Shown here: piece by piece, positions 49,718 to 60,703 of the stretch
Layout of the letters: every line of letters begins with the position of its first letter
How positions within the stretch are numbered: position 1 is the first letter of the stretch
Source: Puccinia triticina
Taxonomy: Eukaryota
Length of the DNA stretch: 64,000 nucleotides
Assembly (NCBI GenBank): GCA_026914245.1
Contig: CP110440.1
Coordinates: forward strand, 4,216,001 to 4,280,000
Direction of reading: 5' to 3'
Made by a program: the position numbers and the translations under genes
The notes under the pieces: model-generated
Seen by the model: only the letters and a program-made list of their open reading frames with translations
What the model was told of the DNA's origin: nothing
The model's database searches: none

Positions 49718-50017
49718 GCTCTGCGAATACTTCACATATATAATCGCCCGCGACACACAATCCTTTTGAATGTTATCATGGTTTTCGCGGACGGAACGTA
49801 ATTTCATGAGCATTCACATTTCCCTTGTTTCAACCCCTCTTCTGTGTCCTCTCGTACTTAGTCGATAAGCGTAATTAGGCATTACAATTTCACCGAAGTC
49901 ATGTACATTGCAATTTTGTTCGCGTCATAACTCTCTCTATAAAACCTAGAAAAATATCATACCTTGAAACAGCATCAGCATTTCCAGAACCTGATCTCTT
50001 CTATTTTAACTGTTATC

Positions 50018-50577
50018 TGTAGTTCAGAGAGATCTTGTATAATTGCAAACACTTCAAAACCAGTAGTAGTAAAAACTTAACAAGAACAAAAGTTAATCAA
50101 TGAAATATAAGCAATAAGACTGTAGTGAGTTGTTGAGTATTTTATCTATTGAGTTTTTTGGTTTTGTGAATAGACAGACTGTTGAGAAGGCGATGATATT
50201 GAGAGACAAGCAACTGAAAAATTGAAGAAACATCAAGTTGATTATTTGAGAAATGAGAACAACATTGAATCAAGTACCTCTCCTCCCCCTGATCAGGTAT
50301 TCTCAACAATAACACAATCCCGCTGACTCTTTGACCAATGTGTACTATTGAGCAACAATTTCTGATGAGTGATTGTTCTTGAGTACTAGATAGCGTCAAC
50401 ATTACCTTGATTGGTTCTGGTGTTGAGACTTGATTTCAGGAGAATTTTCTTGATTCTGGAGTTTGATCTTGATTGTTCTGAGTTTGTTCCCTGAGAAACT
50501 GACTGAGGGAAAACTTCTGCAAGTTGATTTGAGCGCGCGACTGAACATGTGACATGTACTAGAAATTTCTTCCAACA
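50018..50577. mobile_element. Solo LTR (560 bp) downstream of paralog C
   Basis: TG...CAACA termini, perfect 5-bp TSD TTATC; empty site in the A and B flanks. Confidence 0.88.
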
Positions 50578-51004
50578 TTATCATGATCATGCCTCCTTTT
50601 TATGCACTTAGTTGGTATTTCAAAGATATCAGATTCATTCTGGCTTCCGCCGGCATGCATTGGTCCAATGACAGTACACCCCCAAAGCATGGATCGTAGT
50701 GGTACTTTGCTTTGAAAGGCAATATTCCCATCGATGTGGGTGTATTGTTGTTGTAAGCAAGTTTCTCCGTTGCCAGAAGCGCCTCCCAATTGTCCTGTTG
50801 GTACTGTAAAAAGTGAAGTAGGTATTGTTCTACTGCTTTGTTTGCAATTTTGGATTGGCCATCTTTCTGGGGGTGGAAGGCTGTGGAGGGGCATAGATGT
50901 ATGGGTCAGCCTAAATGCACCCCAAGCATTTACTTCATGTACACCAAAAAGGGGTACTGCTGAAATGTACCCCAAACCACTTGGGGTGTACTTTTGCGCA
51001 GCCC

Positions 51005-52049
51005 TGTGAAGATGGGGTACAGCACCTCATACCCCATGTAATTTGGGGTGAGCCACAGGGTACCCCCGGCCTGTCAGCCTGTATGTAACTAACCGTGTCT
51101 GAGAGGGTTGTTACTATCAAGATGATGGTGTAAGATGCCAAGGATGGGCCAATGGGTTCGTGGTAAGACCTGTAAAAGGTTTCACTCTATCAGTAATCTT
51201 GACTGAGAGGCTTGCTCAATTAAGGCGCATCCAGATCAACACAGAGTGTTAATAGGCATCCAAGGAATAACTCAACTTGGGTTCGTGGTTTTACCTACAG
51301 AAAGGTAAGGGTAATCAAGAGATGAGAGTATTCCTGAATTGAATGATGGGTGAGAATGAAAGCACTGTTTAACTATAGTATGGGTTAAACTTTGCTGTAA
51401 TAATATTCTGAGGGATAAACAGTCCTGAGGGGCGTGTTTATATAGAGGGGAAAGAGCAGGAGGGAATATGAGGCGCTTGGAGGCGCTTCAGGACCAGGGG
51501 GGAACTGGAAGCGCTCAAGGGAAGCAGATCCTCATGAGGATCAACATTGGAAATGATCAGGGCAGTGTAATGATCAGTACTGATCCTGGATCAGTAGCAG
51601 TGCACACTAGCTGATCATAACCAATCATTGATTCCATTCAGTGCTCTTTGAATTGGATTACATCATGTATTGTTTATGTAATTATATCATAACCAATATA
51701 TTATGTAAATGGGGACTGAGGCGTAACAGGGGATAAATGAGTGATACCTGTCTTGGGGTATTTCACGTGTACAGTAATATTACAATGTATTGTAATCTTA
51801 CTGTTGCACGTAACTTAACTCTCATAACAACAGTACATTATGGTAACTGTATTTAACTATGGTTATCTGTAATGTAATGTAGAACAGGAGTACATTCTTA
51901 AGCTTGTATCAAATGATATACATATGTAATAAAGGTGTAAAAGGAATGGACTATATGTAATGTGAACAATTGCAGGTACTTGGTACGTGTAAGGTACTGT
52001 GACACGTACTCTGTGGCTGACAAGGCCGGTGAAATCTATGGTGTACACA
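51005..52049. mobile_element. Putative solo LTR (about 1045 bp)
   Basis: TGTG...CACA termini, flanks GCCC/GCCA, interrupts the host element's subterminal region. Confidence 0.55.
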
Positions 52050-52059
52050 GCCACAATAC

Positions 52060-52426
52060 TAGAGATGGCACTTTGCACCCGGGTACCCATGGCGGGTGCA
52101 GGTACCTGCCCAAATTTTCACAAAATTTGGACACCCACACCCGCACCCGCACCCGGCACCCACTGGTGGGTACCTGCCACGCCAGACAGGTACCCGCCTA
52201 CAGGCGACAGGTACCTGCAAAATGGTACCCAGCGCCATCCCTACCCTGTAGGAAGGCACTTTCTGGCTCAGGTACCTGTGGCGGGTGCAGGTACCTGCCT
52301 GAAATTTCAGTGATATTGGACACCCGCACCCGCACCCGGCACCTGTTTCCGGGTACCTGCTCCTGAAAGCAGGTACCCGCAAACGAGTAGCGGGTACCCG
52401 CAAACGGGTACCTGATGCCATCTCTA
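52060..52426. mobile_element. hAT MITE
   Basis: TAGAGATGGCA...TGCCATCTCTA termini, perfect 8-bp TSD CACAATAC, many GGTACC palindromes; same end type as 3818. Confidence 0.92.
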
Positions 52427-52844
52427 CACAATACCCCATCATACTGGGGTGCAAACCCCCAGTACTCCAATATGTCACCCTGTGAAAGGGGTGAGCCACT
52501 CAACACCCCAGATGTATCTGGGGTGCCGCTGCACCCACCCGCCCAACTACACATCAGTCATTGAGGGGAGTAGCACCCCTCAATGACCATCACACGGACC
52601 GGTCATTGGGGGTGCTACTCCCCTCAATGACCGGCACAATTGTTCCGGTCATCAAGGGTGCTACTCCCCTTGATGACCAGCACCATTGTTCATTGAGGGG
52701 AGTAGCACCTCCCCTTGATGACCAACACAGACCGGTCATTGAGGGGAGTAGCATCTCCTCTTGAAGGCCGGCACAGATTGGTCATCGAGGGGAGGTGCGA
52801 ATCCCCTCAATGACCCGCCTGTGCCGGTCATCGATGTGAGGTGC

Positions 52845-54143
52845 CACCAGGAAAAAAAAATAGTCACTTGATGACAAGTGACATCATGCCAGCTCCAGCA
52901 GGCTACCCACCATCTACCCACCATCTACACATCATCTACCCACCATCTAAACACTTTCAGAATTTCCACAGGAGATCCTCAGTTTTCACTGGGTACCACT
53001 GATCCCCATTTCTGGTCAGCTGATACTCAGCTTTAGCTCCAAGCTTATGCTCAGCTTTGTTGCCCAGCTCATGCTCAGCTTTGTTGCCCAGATCAGAACC
53101 AGTCCTGGCCCAGCTGCGTTTCAGCTTTATTCCACTCATGGCTCATCTTAGACTCATACTAGGACTATCATTGGCCCAGCAAATGCTCAGCTTTGGACCA
53201 GTATTGGCTCAGCTGATTTTCAGCTTTGGATAAATCTTGGCCCAGCCAATGCTCAGATTCTGAGTCTGACCACTCCTGTAACAGCTTATGCTCATCTGTG
53301 GACCAGCCTTGGCTCAGCTGATGCTGAGCTGTGGACCAACCTTGGCTAAGACAATGCTCAGCTGTGGACCAGCCTTGTCTCAGCTGATGCTCAGCTGTGG
53401 ACCAGCCTTGGCTCATCTGATGCTCAGCTATGGAACAGCCTTGGCTCAGCTGATGCTCAGCTGTGGACCAGCCTTGGCTCAGCTGATGCTCAGCTGTGGA
53501 CCAGCCTTGGCTCAGCTGATGCTCAGCTGTGGAACAGCCTTGGCTCAGGTGATATTGATCTTTTTAATAGTCTCAAAACATCTGATACTCAGCTTTAGAA
53601 CAGCCTTGGCTCAGCCAATGCTCAGTTTTGTACCAGCATTGGCTCAGCTGATGCTCAGCTTTTAAGAAGGTTTGGGCCAGCTGGTGTTAATCTTTGGAAC
53701 AGTATTGTCCCAGCTGATCCTAAGCTCTGCACAAGCCTTTTCCAAGATGATGCTCAGCTTTGGACCATTGTTGGCTAAGCTGATGCTCAGATTTGGAATA
53801 TTCTTGGTCCAGCTGACACTTGGATTTGTATCAGGCTTGGAATATCCAATGCTCAGCTGTGGCCCAGGCTCAGCCAATGCTCAGCTTTGGCCCAGGCTCA
53901 GCCAATGCTCAGCTTTGGCCCAGGCTCAGTCAATTCCTACTGCTCAGCTTATGATGAGCATCAGCTGTTCCTGGTATAAAATTAGGATCAGCTGACTGTG
54001 CCACATTGAGTGCTCTGGTGCAGTCCTGCAAGCTCTACAAGTGCTGGTGGAGCAGACTTGGAGCAGCGCTGGAGTAGCTCTGGAGCAGAAACCAAATCTG
54101 CATCATGTCACTTGCCATCAAGTGACTATTTTTTTTCCTGGTG
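52845..54143. mobile_element. Non-autonomous CACTA/CMC-like element with internal 33-bp and 28-bp tandem repeats
   Basis: TIR CACCAGGAAAAAAAA(A)TAGTCACTTGATG, 3-bp TSD TGC. ATGCTCAGCTGTGGACCAGCCTTGGCTCAGCTG array at 53290-53660. Confidence 0.88.
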
Positions 54144-54207
54144 TGCTATTCCTCTGGATAGTATCACCTCCCCTCAATGACCAACACAGACCAGTCATTG
54201 AGGGGGG

Positions 54208-54421
54208 TGTAGAGACTGTAAAATGAAGATGTGTCTGGTGAGAGTCGAACTCACGACCTCAGCTATGCTGAGACACATACTAGAGTGCTGCCTTTACCAA
54301 CTAGGCTACAGACGCTTGTGGCTGCCAGCTGGGTGGTTGGTTGGTAGTGCTCATGGGCCGATCGACAGCCCTCCATACTGTGGTGATACATCATGGTAGC
54401 AGACTAACAGACAACTCAACA
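54208..54421 (-). mobile_element. 214-bp solo LTR-like insertion containing a tRNA-like cassette
   Basis: TG...CA termini, 5-bp TSD GGGGG; removal restores a host palindromic repeat unit. Confidence 0.7.
54230..54315 (-). tRNA. tRNA-like sequence (pseudo-tRNA; anticodon arm non-canonical, AGT or CAT ambiguous)
   Basis: Acceptor GCGTCTG/CAGACAC, D-arm with A box TAGCCTAGTTGG, T-arm GTGAG-TTCGACT-CTCAC (B box), variable loop AGGTC. Confidence 0.7.
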
Positions 54422-54556
54422 GGGGGTGCTACGCTCCCTCCCCTTGATGGCCAGCACAGATCGGTCATCAATTCCTCCCCTTGATGACCAATCTGTGCCG
54501 GGCATCGTGGGGAGGTGCTACTCCCCTTGATGGATTATTGTGCTGGACATCAAGGG

Positions 54557-55348
54557 TAGAGATGGGTGCTTCACATCCAGGTACCCGCGCGTGTTCAGAT
54601 ACCCGCGGCCAATTTCAGCCATTTCCTGGAATCCGCATCCGCATCTGACAGTGGGTACCCGCGTGCCTGGGCGGATAACCGCGCGGGTATCTTTGGATAC
54701 CCGCCCTTCAAAACGTGCTTACCAATTGACTGCTGCATATGTCAGTCAACCAGGAGGCACTTCTCCTGGCCGGCTGCTCCATATGGCTGTTGACCAGGAG
54801 GGACGCCTCCCAGTTGACTGCTCGATATGACTGTCAACCGGGAGGGATTCCTCCCGGTTGACTGGTGTGTATAGTTGTCGACTGGGAGGGATTCCTCCCG
54901 GTCAACTGGTATGTCTAGTTGTCAACCGGGAGGGATTCCTCCAGGTTGACTGGTGTGTATAGTTGTTGACCGGGAGGGATTCCTCCTGGTTGACTGATGT
55001 GTATAGTCGTCCCTCCCGGTCAACTGGTATGTCTAGTTGTCAACCGGCAGGGATTTTTCCCGGTCAACTGCTTGATACATATGCCTGTTGACCAGGAAGG
55101 ACTCATCCCGGTCAACTATTTTATGTAATTGCTGTTGACCAGGAGCGACTCCCCCCGATTGACAGCAACATAGAAAGGCTTTATGGCTGCCAACCGCCGC
55201 AGCTCCCATACCCTAGGGAGAGCGGATAACCGCCGGAATACACAGGTACCCGCTGGATTCTGCCGGAATCTCAGACATCCGCATCCGCTGGCGGGTACCC
55301 GCCAGCGGATAGCGGATACTTGCAATGGGTTCTGTGCGCCCATCTCTA
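54557..55348. mobile_element. hAT MITE with an internal about 43-bp hairpin tandem array
   Basis: TAGAGATGGG...CCCATCTCTA termini, perfect 8-bp TSD ATCAAGGG. GTCAACCGGGAGGGATTCCTCCCGGTTGAC units at 54830-55160. Confidence 0.92.
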
Positions 55349-55795
55349 ATCAAGGGGAGTAGCACCCCCCGTGATGACCGGTCTGTGTTGGTCATTGAGG
55401 GGAGGTGCTACTCCCCTTGATGAACAGTTGTGCTGGTCATTGAGGGGAGTAGCACCCTTGATGACCAGTCTGTGTTGGTCATCAAGGGGTGCTACTTGCC
55501 TCAATGACCAATGTGTACAGGTCTAACAAGCCGGGTGGGTGGGTGGGGGAGTAACTTGCCTCAATGGGGTGTGCTACTTATGTACACCATTTCATTTGGT
55601 GTAAATTAAATTTCACCCCAAAAATTGAAGAAATCTGGGGGTTTTAACACCTGCACCCCAATGTTTTTGGGCTAAGCAGGTCTGCGCACCAATAAATTGG
55701 TACTCCACAAGTGCACCCCAGTAGGATTGGGGTGCACATGTGGGTACACCAAAATGTTGGTGTACATGAAGTAAATTTTTGGGGTGCATTTAGGC

Positions 55796-55996
55796 TTACC
55801 CTAGATGTATACCTAAGCATTCCCCAAGCTCTTTTGTCACTTTTGAAATAAAGATACTTCCTCTATCCAACATTATGATTTTAGGCATGCTGTGGGTTTT
55901 CCACATCTGCCGCATCATTAATTCCACCAGTTCCTCCGCTGTAATACTCTTCCTAAATGGCAGGAAGTGTGCCATCTTTGTGAGCCGGTCCACTGG
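55796..55996 (-). pseudogene. Gypsy integrase core fragment
   Basis: DRLTKMAHFLP...PKIIMLDRGSIFISK. Confidence 0.75.
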
Positions 55997-56297
55997 GTTC
56001 CTCCTTGGCTAGCTCTGCATCCAGAGCGTGCTGGTCTAGCTTGGTAGAGTCTGGCTTGACATGCCAGACTCCCGGTCTCTGGCCAACGGATATACCTCAG
56101 GCTCACATGAACACAGTGGGCATGTGAGATGCACTTAGCTGGTCACCTCACATGAAAGACTGGGTCAAGCAAGGCACAGTGCATGGCCCTCAATCCATGG
56201 GCGCCCCGCTCTGGGTTAATGTTTAAACAGTAGCTGAGCTGTGCATTCCATGCCCCCATATCATCAATGTTGCCCTGTGTGTTAGGTTAAGGGGCAT

Positions 56298-57200
56298 GCT
56301 AAATGCACCCCAAGTTTTTACTTCATGTACACCAACAAAAAGGGGTACACTACTGGGTACACCAGCAAAATTGGGGTATTCTTAATTACACCCCAATCTT
56401 CAAGGGGTACCCACCTGGCCACCCCAAAAAAATCGGGGTGCTTGCATCAAAACTCCAGAAGAGCTTAAGATATTGGGGTGCAATCCAATTTTCTCCAACA
56501 GAGATGGTGTACATGAGGGGCGCACCCCAAACACACTGCTGGAGGCGGTCATTGAGGGCAGGTGGACTTCAATTGATGCCTGGCGCAGACCTATTGTCAG
56601 GGAGTTGCTACTCCCACCTCTCCTTGGTGACCAGCAAATGCCGGGCATCGAGAGGAGGTGGACTCTCCTTGGTTGCCGGTACCTACCAATCATCAAGGGG
56701 AGTAGCAACTCATCTCAATGACCAACCCAGACTGGTCAGCGAGGGGAGTAGCAACTCCCTTTAAACCGGTCATCAAGGGTAGTAACAACTCCCCTTGATG
56801 ACCAACACCAACCAATCATTGAGGGGAGTTGATACTCCCCTCAATGACTGGTCTCATCAAGGGGAGTTGATACTCCCCTCAATGACTGGTCTCATCAAGG
56901 GGAGTTGATACTCCCCTCAATGACTGGTCTCATCAAGGGGAGTTGATACTCCCCTCAATGACTGGTCTCATCAAGGGGAGTTGATACTCCCCTCAATGAC
57001 TGGTCTCATCTAGGGGAGTAGCAACTCCTCTCAATAACCAACCCAGACAGATCACAAAGGGGATTTGCTACTCCCTTAGTCAACAAGAGAAACACACTCC
57101 CCTGATCCCTTGATAACTGATTTCTATCAAGAGGAGTACTTATTCCCCCAGATGGCAATCAGCACTGGTAATTGAGGGGAGTGTGTATGTATCATTCCTC
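56298..57200. mobile_element. Second, truncated copy of the palindromic-repeat element family of 50909
   Basis: Left end CTAAATGCACCCCAAG..TTTACTTCATGTACACCAA and the same hairpin units; right TIR not found. Confidence 0.6.
56823..57012 (+). repeat. Five nearly perfect 38-bp hairpin tandem repeats
   Basis: GGGGAGTTGATACTCCCCTCAATGACTGGTCTCATCAA at 56823, 56861, 56899, 56937 and 56975. Confidence 0.95.
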
Positions 57201-57480
57201 TGGATTACCGGTCAGCATTGGCCATGGGGGGGGGTGTGTGCATACTCCTCTTGTACTTGGCCAACAAAACGGTGTCATTCTTTTAGGTGGGCAGCATGTG
57301 GGGGTGACACATGGCAGTGAAGTGTTGCATGGGGTTTGAATCCCCACTAAATCTTTGCTGTGGACCGCAGCAACAGCGAGATGCCTGCTGTCACATTTGG
57401 TGAGTCCTGTATAACGACCCACTATAAACATTACAATACCTGTTATTGTAACTGAAACTGTGTTATACAATTACGCAAAG

Positions 57481-58581
57481 TGTCAGCTGGCATCCCCGCG
57501 TAGGGAACCAGTTGGACAAGGATTTATTAATTATATATATATAATTACTATACCAATCTAGATACAATAGTAATAGAGAGGAAGAGAATATAAGAGAAGA
57601 ATGATGAAATTTATATTAGCATCTGTAGCGCTTATACTTGTCTAGTCCTCAAGGAATGTTTAAGCTGCTTGTAGCTAGCCTCTCCAATAGAAGTCTATCA
57701 GAGGTTAGATCAAAGATATTTATAAGATCTATTGGTTTCTTTCCGGCTATGATTGCACGGTTGGGTTATTACCAAAAAAACCAAGATTAAACTTTTATAG
57801 TATTTGTGTTTGTAAGGATATCTATTAGCTAGTAAAAATGGTAAGGGATTTGGGAAAGGATATATATAATAGAGGAGTATCCTATAACATTTTGTAAGGG
57901 TAGAGAGTTTAAACTTACAGAGTAAGTACCTGGTAGCAATATCTCTATTAGTATTGAGTACAATGGCTTAACAAATTCTAACAAATCTGAGGAAAGGGTC
58001 ACAAGATATTTATATCAATAATTGTCCTGTTCCAATCACTAAAGTAGAGTAAGGAAGATACTAGATAAAAGAGTCTGATACTTGAGTACTAAAATTTAGT
58101 AGTCTAGTACAGAGTCATCCTAAGTAGTATGTTACCTTTTGTTTACAATTTTGGGTAGTTAATCTGTTTTTCTCTGGGGGGATGAAGAGAATCTCTCTAA
58201 CTATTTCAAAGAGAAAACCATTCTCTCTTCCCTGGCTTTGGTTGTGATCTTCTCATCATGCATGTCAAAGTTTTTCTTCACTACTTGCTTTCTGTGTTTT
58301 TTAATTCTTGATTATCATTTCTACAGCTTATGGCTGTTCTTAACTTACGCATATGTGCATTCTTCTGTTTTATTGCGCACAGCTCTCGCACTCCATAGCA
58401 CTGCTCTATCACACAGCTTATAATTAAACATTTTTTAGCTCTATGCTCTGCGCTCTGTGTTTGCATTTAATTAGAACAGTTTAATCTCTGCGCCTGCGCA
58501 TCTTATACAATTGTATATTATATTAGTAATTATAATATTTTGCAGCCCTCTTGGACATTATAAATGTCTCAAGGGTTGACA
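57481..58581. mobile_element. Solo LTR (1101 bp, AT-rich)
   Basis: TGTCA...TGACA termini, perfect 5-bp TSD CAAAG. Confidence 0.88.
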
Positions 58582-60703
58582 CAAAGGTTCAGCCTAAAGT
58601 GACACCAAAACTTTACTAAGAGCATGTCAAAAAGGTGTGCTCAGGGCGGGCACGCCATATTGACTAGGCCAAAAAGAATGGTGTGAGAACTCTGATCATC
58701 CAAGTCTGCAGGCTTATGGGAACAGAGACACCAATACCCCAAAAAATGTTGGTGTATAGCTGCTTGGCACAACAACTAAAGAACCTGCAACTGTATTTCA
58801 CAAAATCCAAAACCAGAGACTACAAAACATGATGATGAGAAATAGGCAATAGAAGGAAGAACAGAAAATGAGATAAAGGATAACCAACCCTGATTTGATA
58901 AAGATAGATATGGGAAGAATGGACAATAGAATGACAAGACTAAGAAAGAAATGAGGTGAGTTGGAAGTATGAGGAGAGGATCAATGAGGACAAGAACAAA
59001 CCAAGTGGAGAGAGAATCTGATCGGGAGGACAAGAAGGGAAGCAAGAAGATATGTGTATAAGAAAGATAGCTATTGAATTGAATAGATGATCAGTGAGAA
59101 TCGAGGAGATGTTCTGAGTTGCTTTGGTGCCTTCTCACCAATTTGGATACTTGAGAGGTTGAGCGCCGTCGAGAGATATTGGCAATTGAGAAAGAAGCGC
59201 CGTCTTGAGTTGAATTGGCGAGAACATATTTCAAATCTTGCTGGAGCTGATTGAGTCTGAGAGATTTAGGGTTCTCAAAGTTGAAAACATACAAATGTGA
59301 CATACTGCATACACACCTTTTTTGCAGGGAAGCGTTTGACAGCCCCTGCAAATAAAGTTGTATGTTTGCATGACATATTGTCTTTTGAAAATAGCTTGGT
59401 CTCAAAAACACAAAAATAAGGATTTTTAAATTAATTCATTATGGCATCAAAAACCCATGATGTCATCATTGGTTATGTGATGATGAAAGTACTGTCATAT
59501 CAATCAAAGTTCAAACCCCGCCAGACCAAGCTCCATCCATCAGCCATCCACGCCAAGCCTGATTCACAACTTCCATCCCATCCAACATGTCACGATTTGG
59601 CATTGACCTCTTCGCAAGGGCTAATCCACCCCCGCAAATGGGATATCTTTCGGATGCAGAGCGCGCTCGCGCACGTTGAGGGACTCCTGTCCGTGCTAGG
59701 CGGCGGCAGTCGTGTGAGGGGAGATTTGTTCTTTAGGCTGCCCTCGTGGCTGGATGGTCCGTAGGAATGAGCGCTGGAAAATGGGGGGGGGGATCTGGGA
59801 TAGCTGTGGGTGTGTGGTGGTTTTGAGAGGTTCGCCGGGGGGTTTGGATCCTCGGCGGCGGTTGTTTTGTTGATGAGGGGATGAGGAGTGATCTTAAAAA
59901 AAAAAAAGAAAGGGAAGGGAATATGAGACTCTCAATGAAAGATGATCGGCGGGCGGAGCCCAAAAGTTGAAACTCTGAAGATATGATCTATAAACTCTTG
60001 ATGGTCCGTATTCTGGGGATCAGAATGCCATGGCCACCCCTCATCCAAGTTCGAGCTGAACTTGGACTCAGGGTGACATGTCACATACATTTCATCACAT
60101 CCTCCGCGCGCTACGCGCGCACACACACACAACAAACAAGAGAAAAAGGGAAAAGAGAACACAAAACAAGGAAATAAGGAGATCACAGTGAGATGAGACA
60201 GAAAGAAAAGAACCAAAGAAGAAAAAGGGAAAAGAGGAAAGAGAAGGCAGAAACACTCAGGGCAGAACAGACAGAACAAACAGAACAAACAGAAGGAAGA
60301 GGACCAGAAACAACCAGAGAATAAACCCACAGCAGGCGCTGTGTTAGGACCAAGAAACTGAAGAATGAGCTGGGAAACTGAGAAAGAAAGGGAATGGGAG
60401 AAAGTGTTTGGAAAGAGAAGTGGAAAGAGAGAGGAAAGGGGGAGAGTTGGAGGAATGATCAGGGATGGAGTGTATGAATCTTGAGGATCTTGAAGGGGAG
60501 GGGTTCTTGAGTCTTGAGGGGTGAAAAAAAGAATAGAGTCTTGATCTTGATGTTGCTGGCGGTGGTGATTGCTCCTGACTAGCTGACCACGAAATGGGTC
60601 ACCACAACGTGTTTCTGGTCTAGACGGCACGGAAGCGGCTAATTCCACCGTGAGTTCTTTCCTTTCAAGGTTGGTTGGGTTCATGTTGATGATGAACTAA
60701 ACC

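Larger units (their letters stand above)
50909..55795. mobile_element. Harbinger-like non-autonomous element made of palindromic repeats, with five nested insertions
   Basis: TIR GCCTAAATGCACCCCAA..ATTTACTTCATGTACACCAA, flanks TCA/TTA, internal CATCGAGGGGAG..CTCCCCTCGATG-derived units. Confidence 0.75.

Noticed and set aside
53168..53995. Repeat-protein ORFs (MLSCGPALAQL)n and (QGWSTAEHQLS)n
   Set aside because: By-product of a 33-bp tandem repeat inside a non-autonomous CACTA-like element.
56823..57030. CRISPR-like array of hairpin repeats (also 54830-55160 and 52560-52830)
   Set aside because: Units are tandem with identical linkers and no unique spacers. They lie inside TIR elements, no cas genes are present and the DNA is eukaryotic.
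59932..60684. 250-aa Phe/Leu-rich minus-strand ORF resembling a membrane protein
   Set aside because: Derived from GA-rich low-complexity, LTR-like sequence; element boundaries and TSD could not be resolved.
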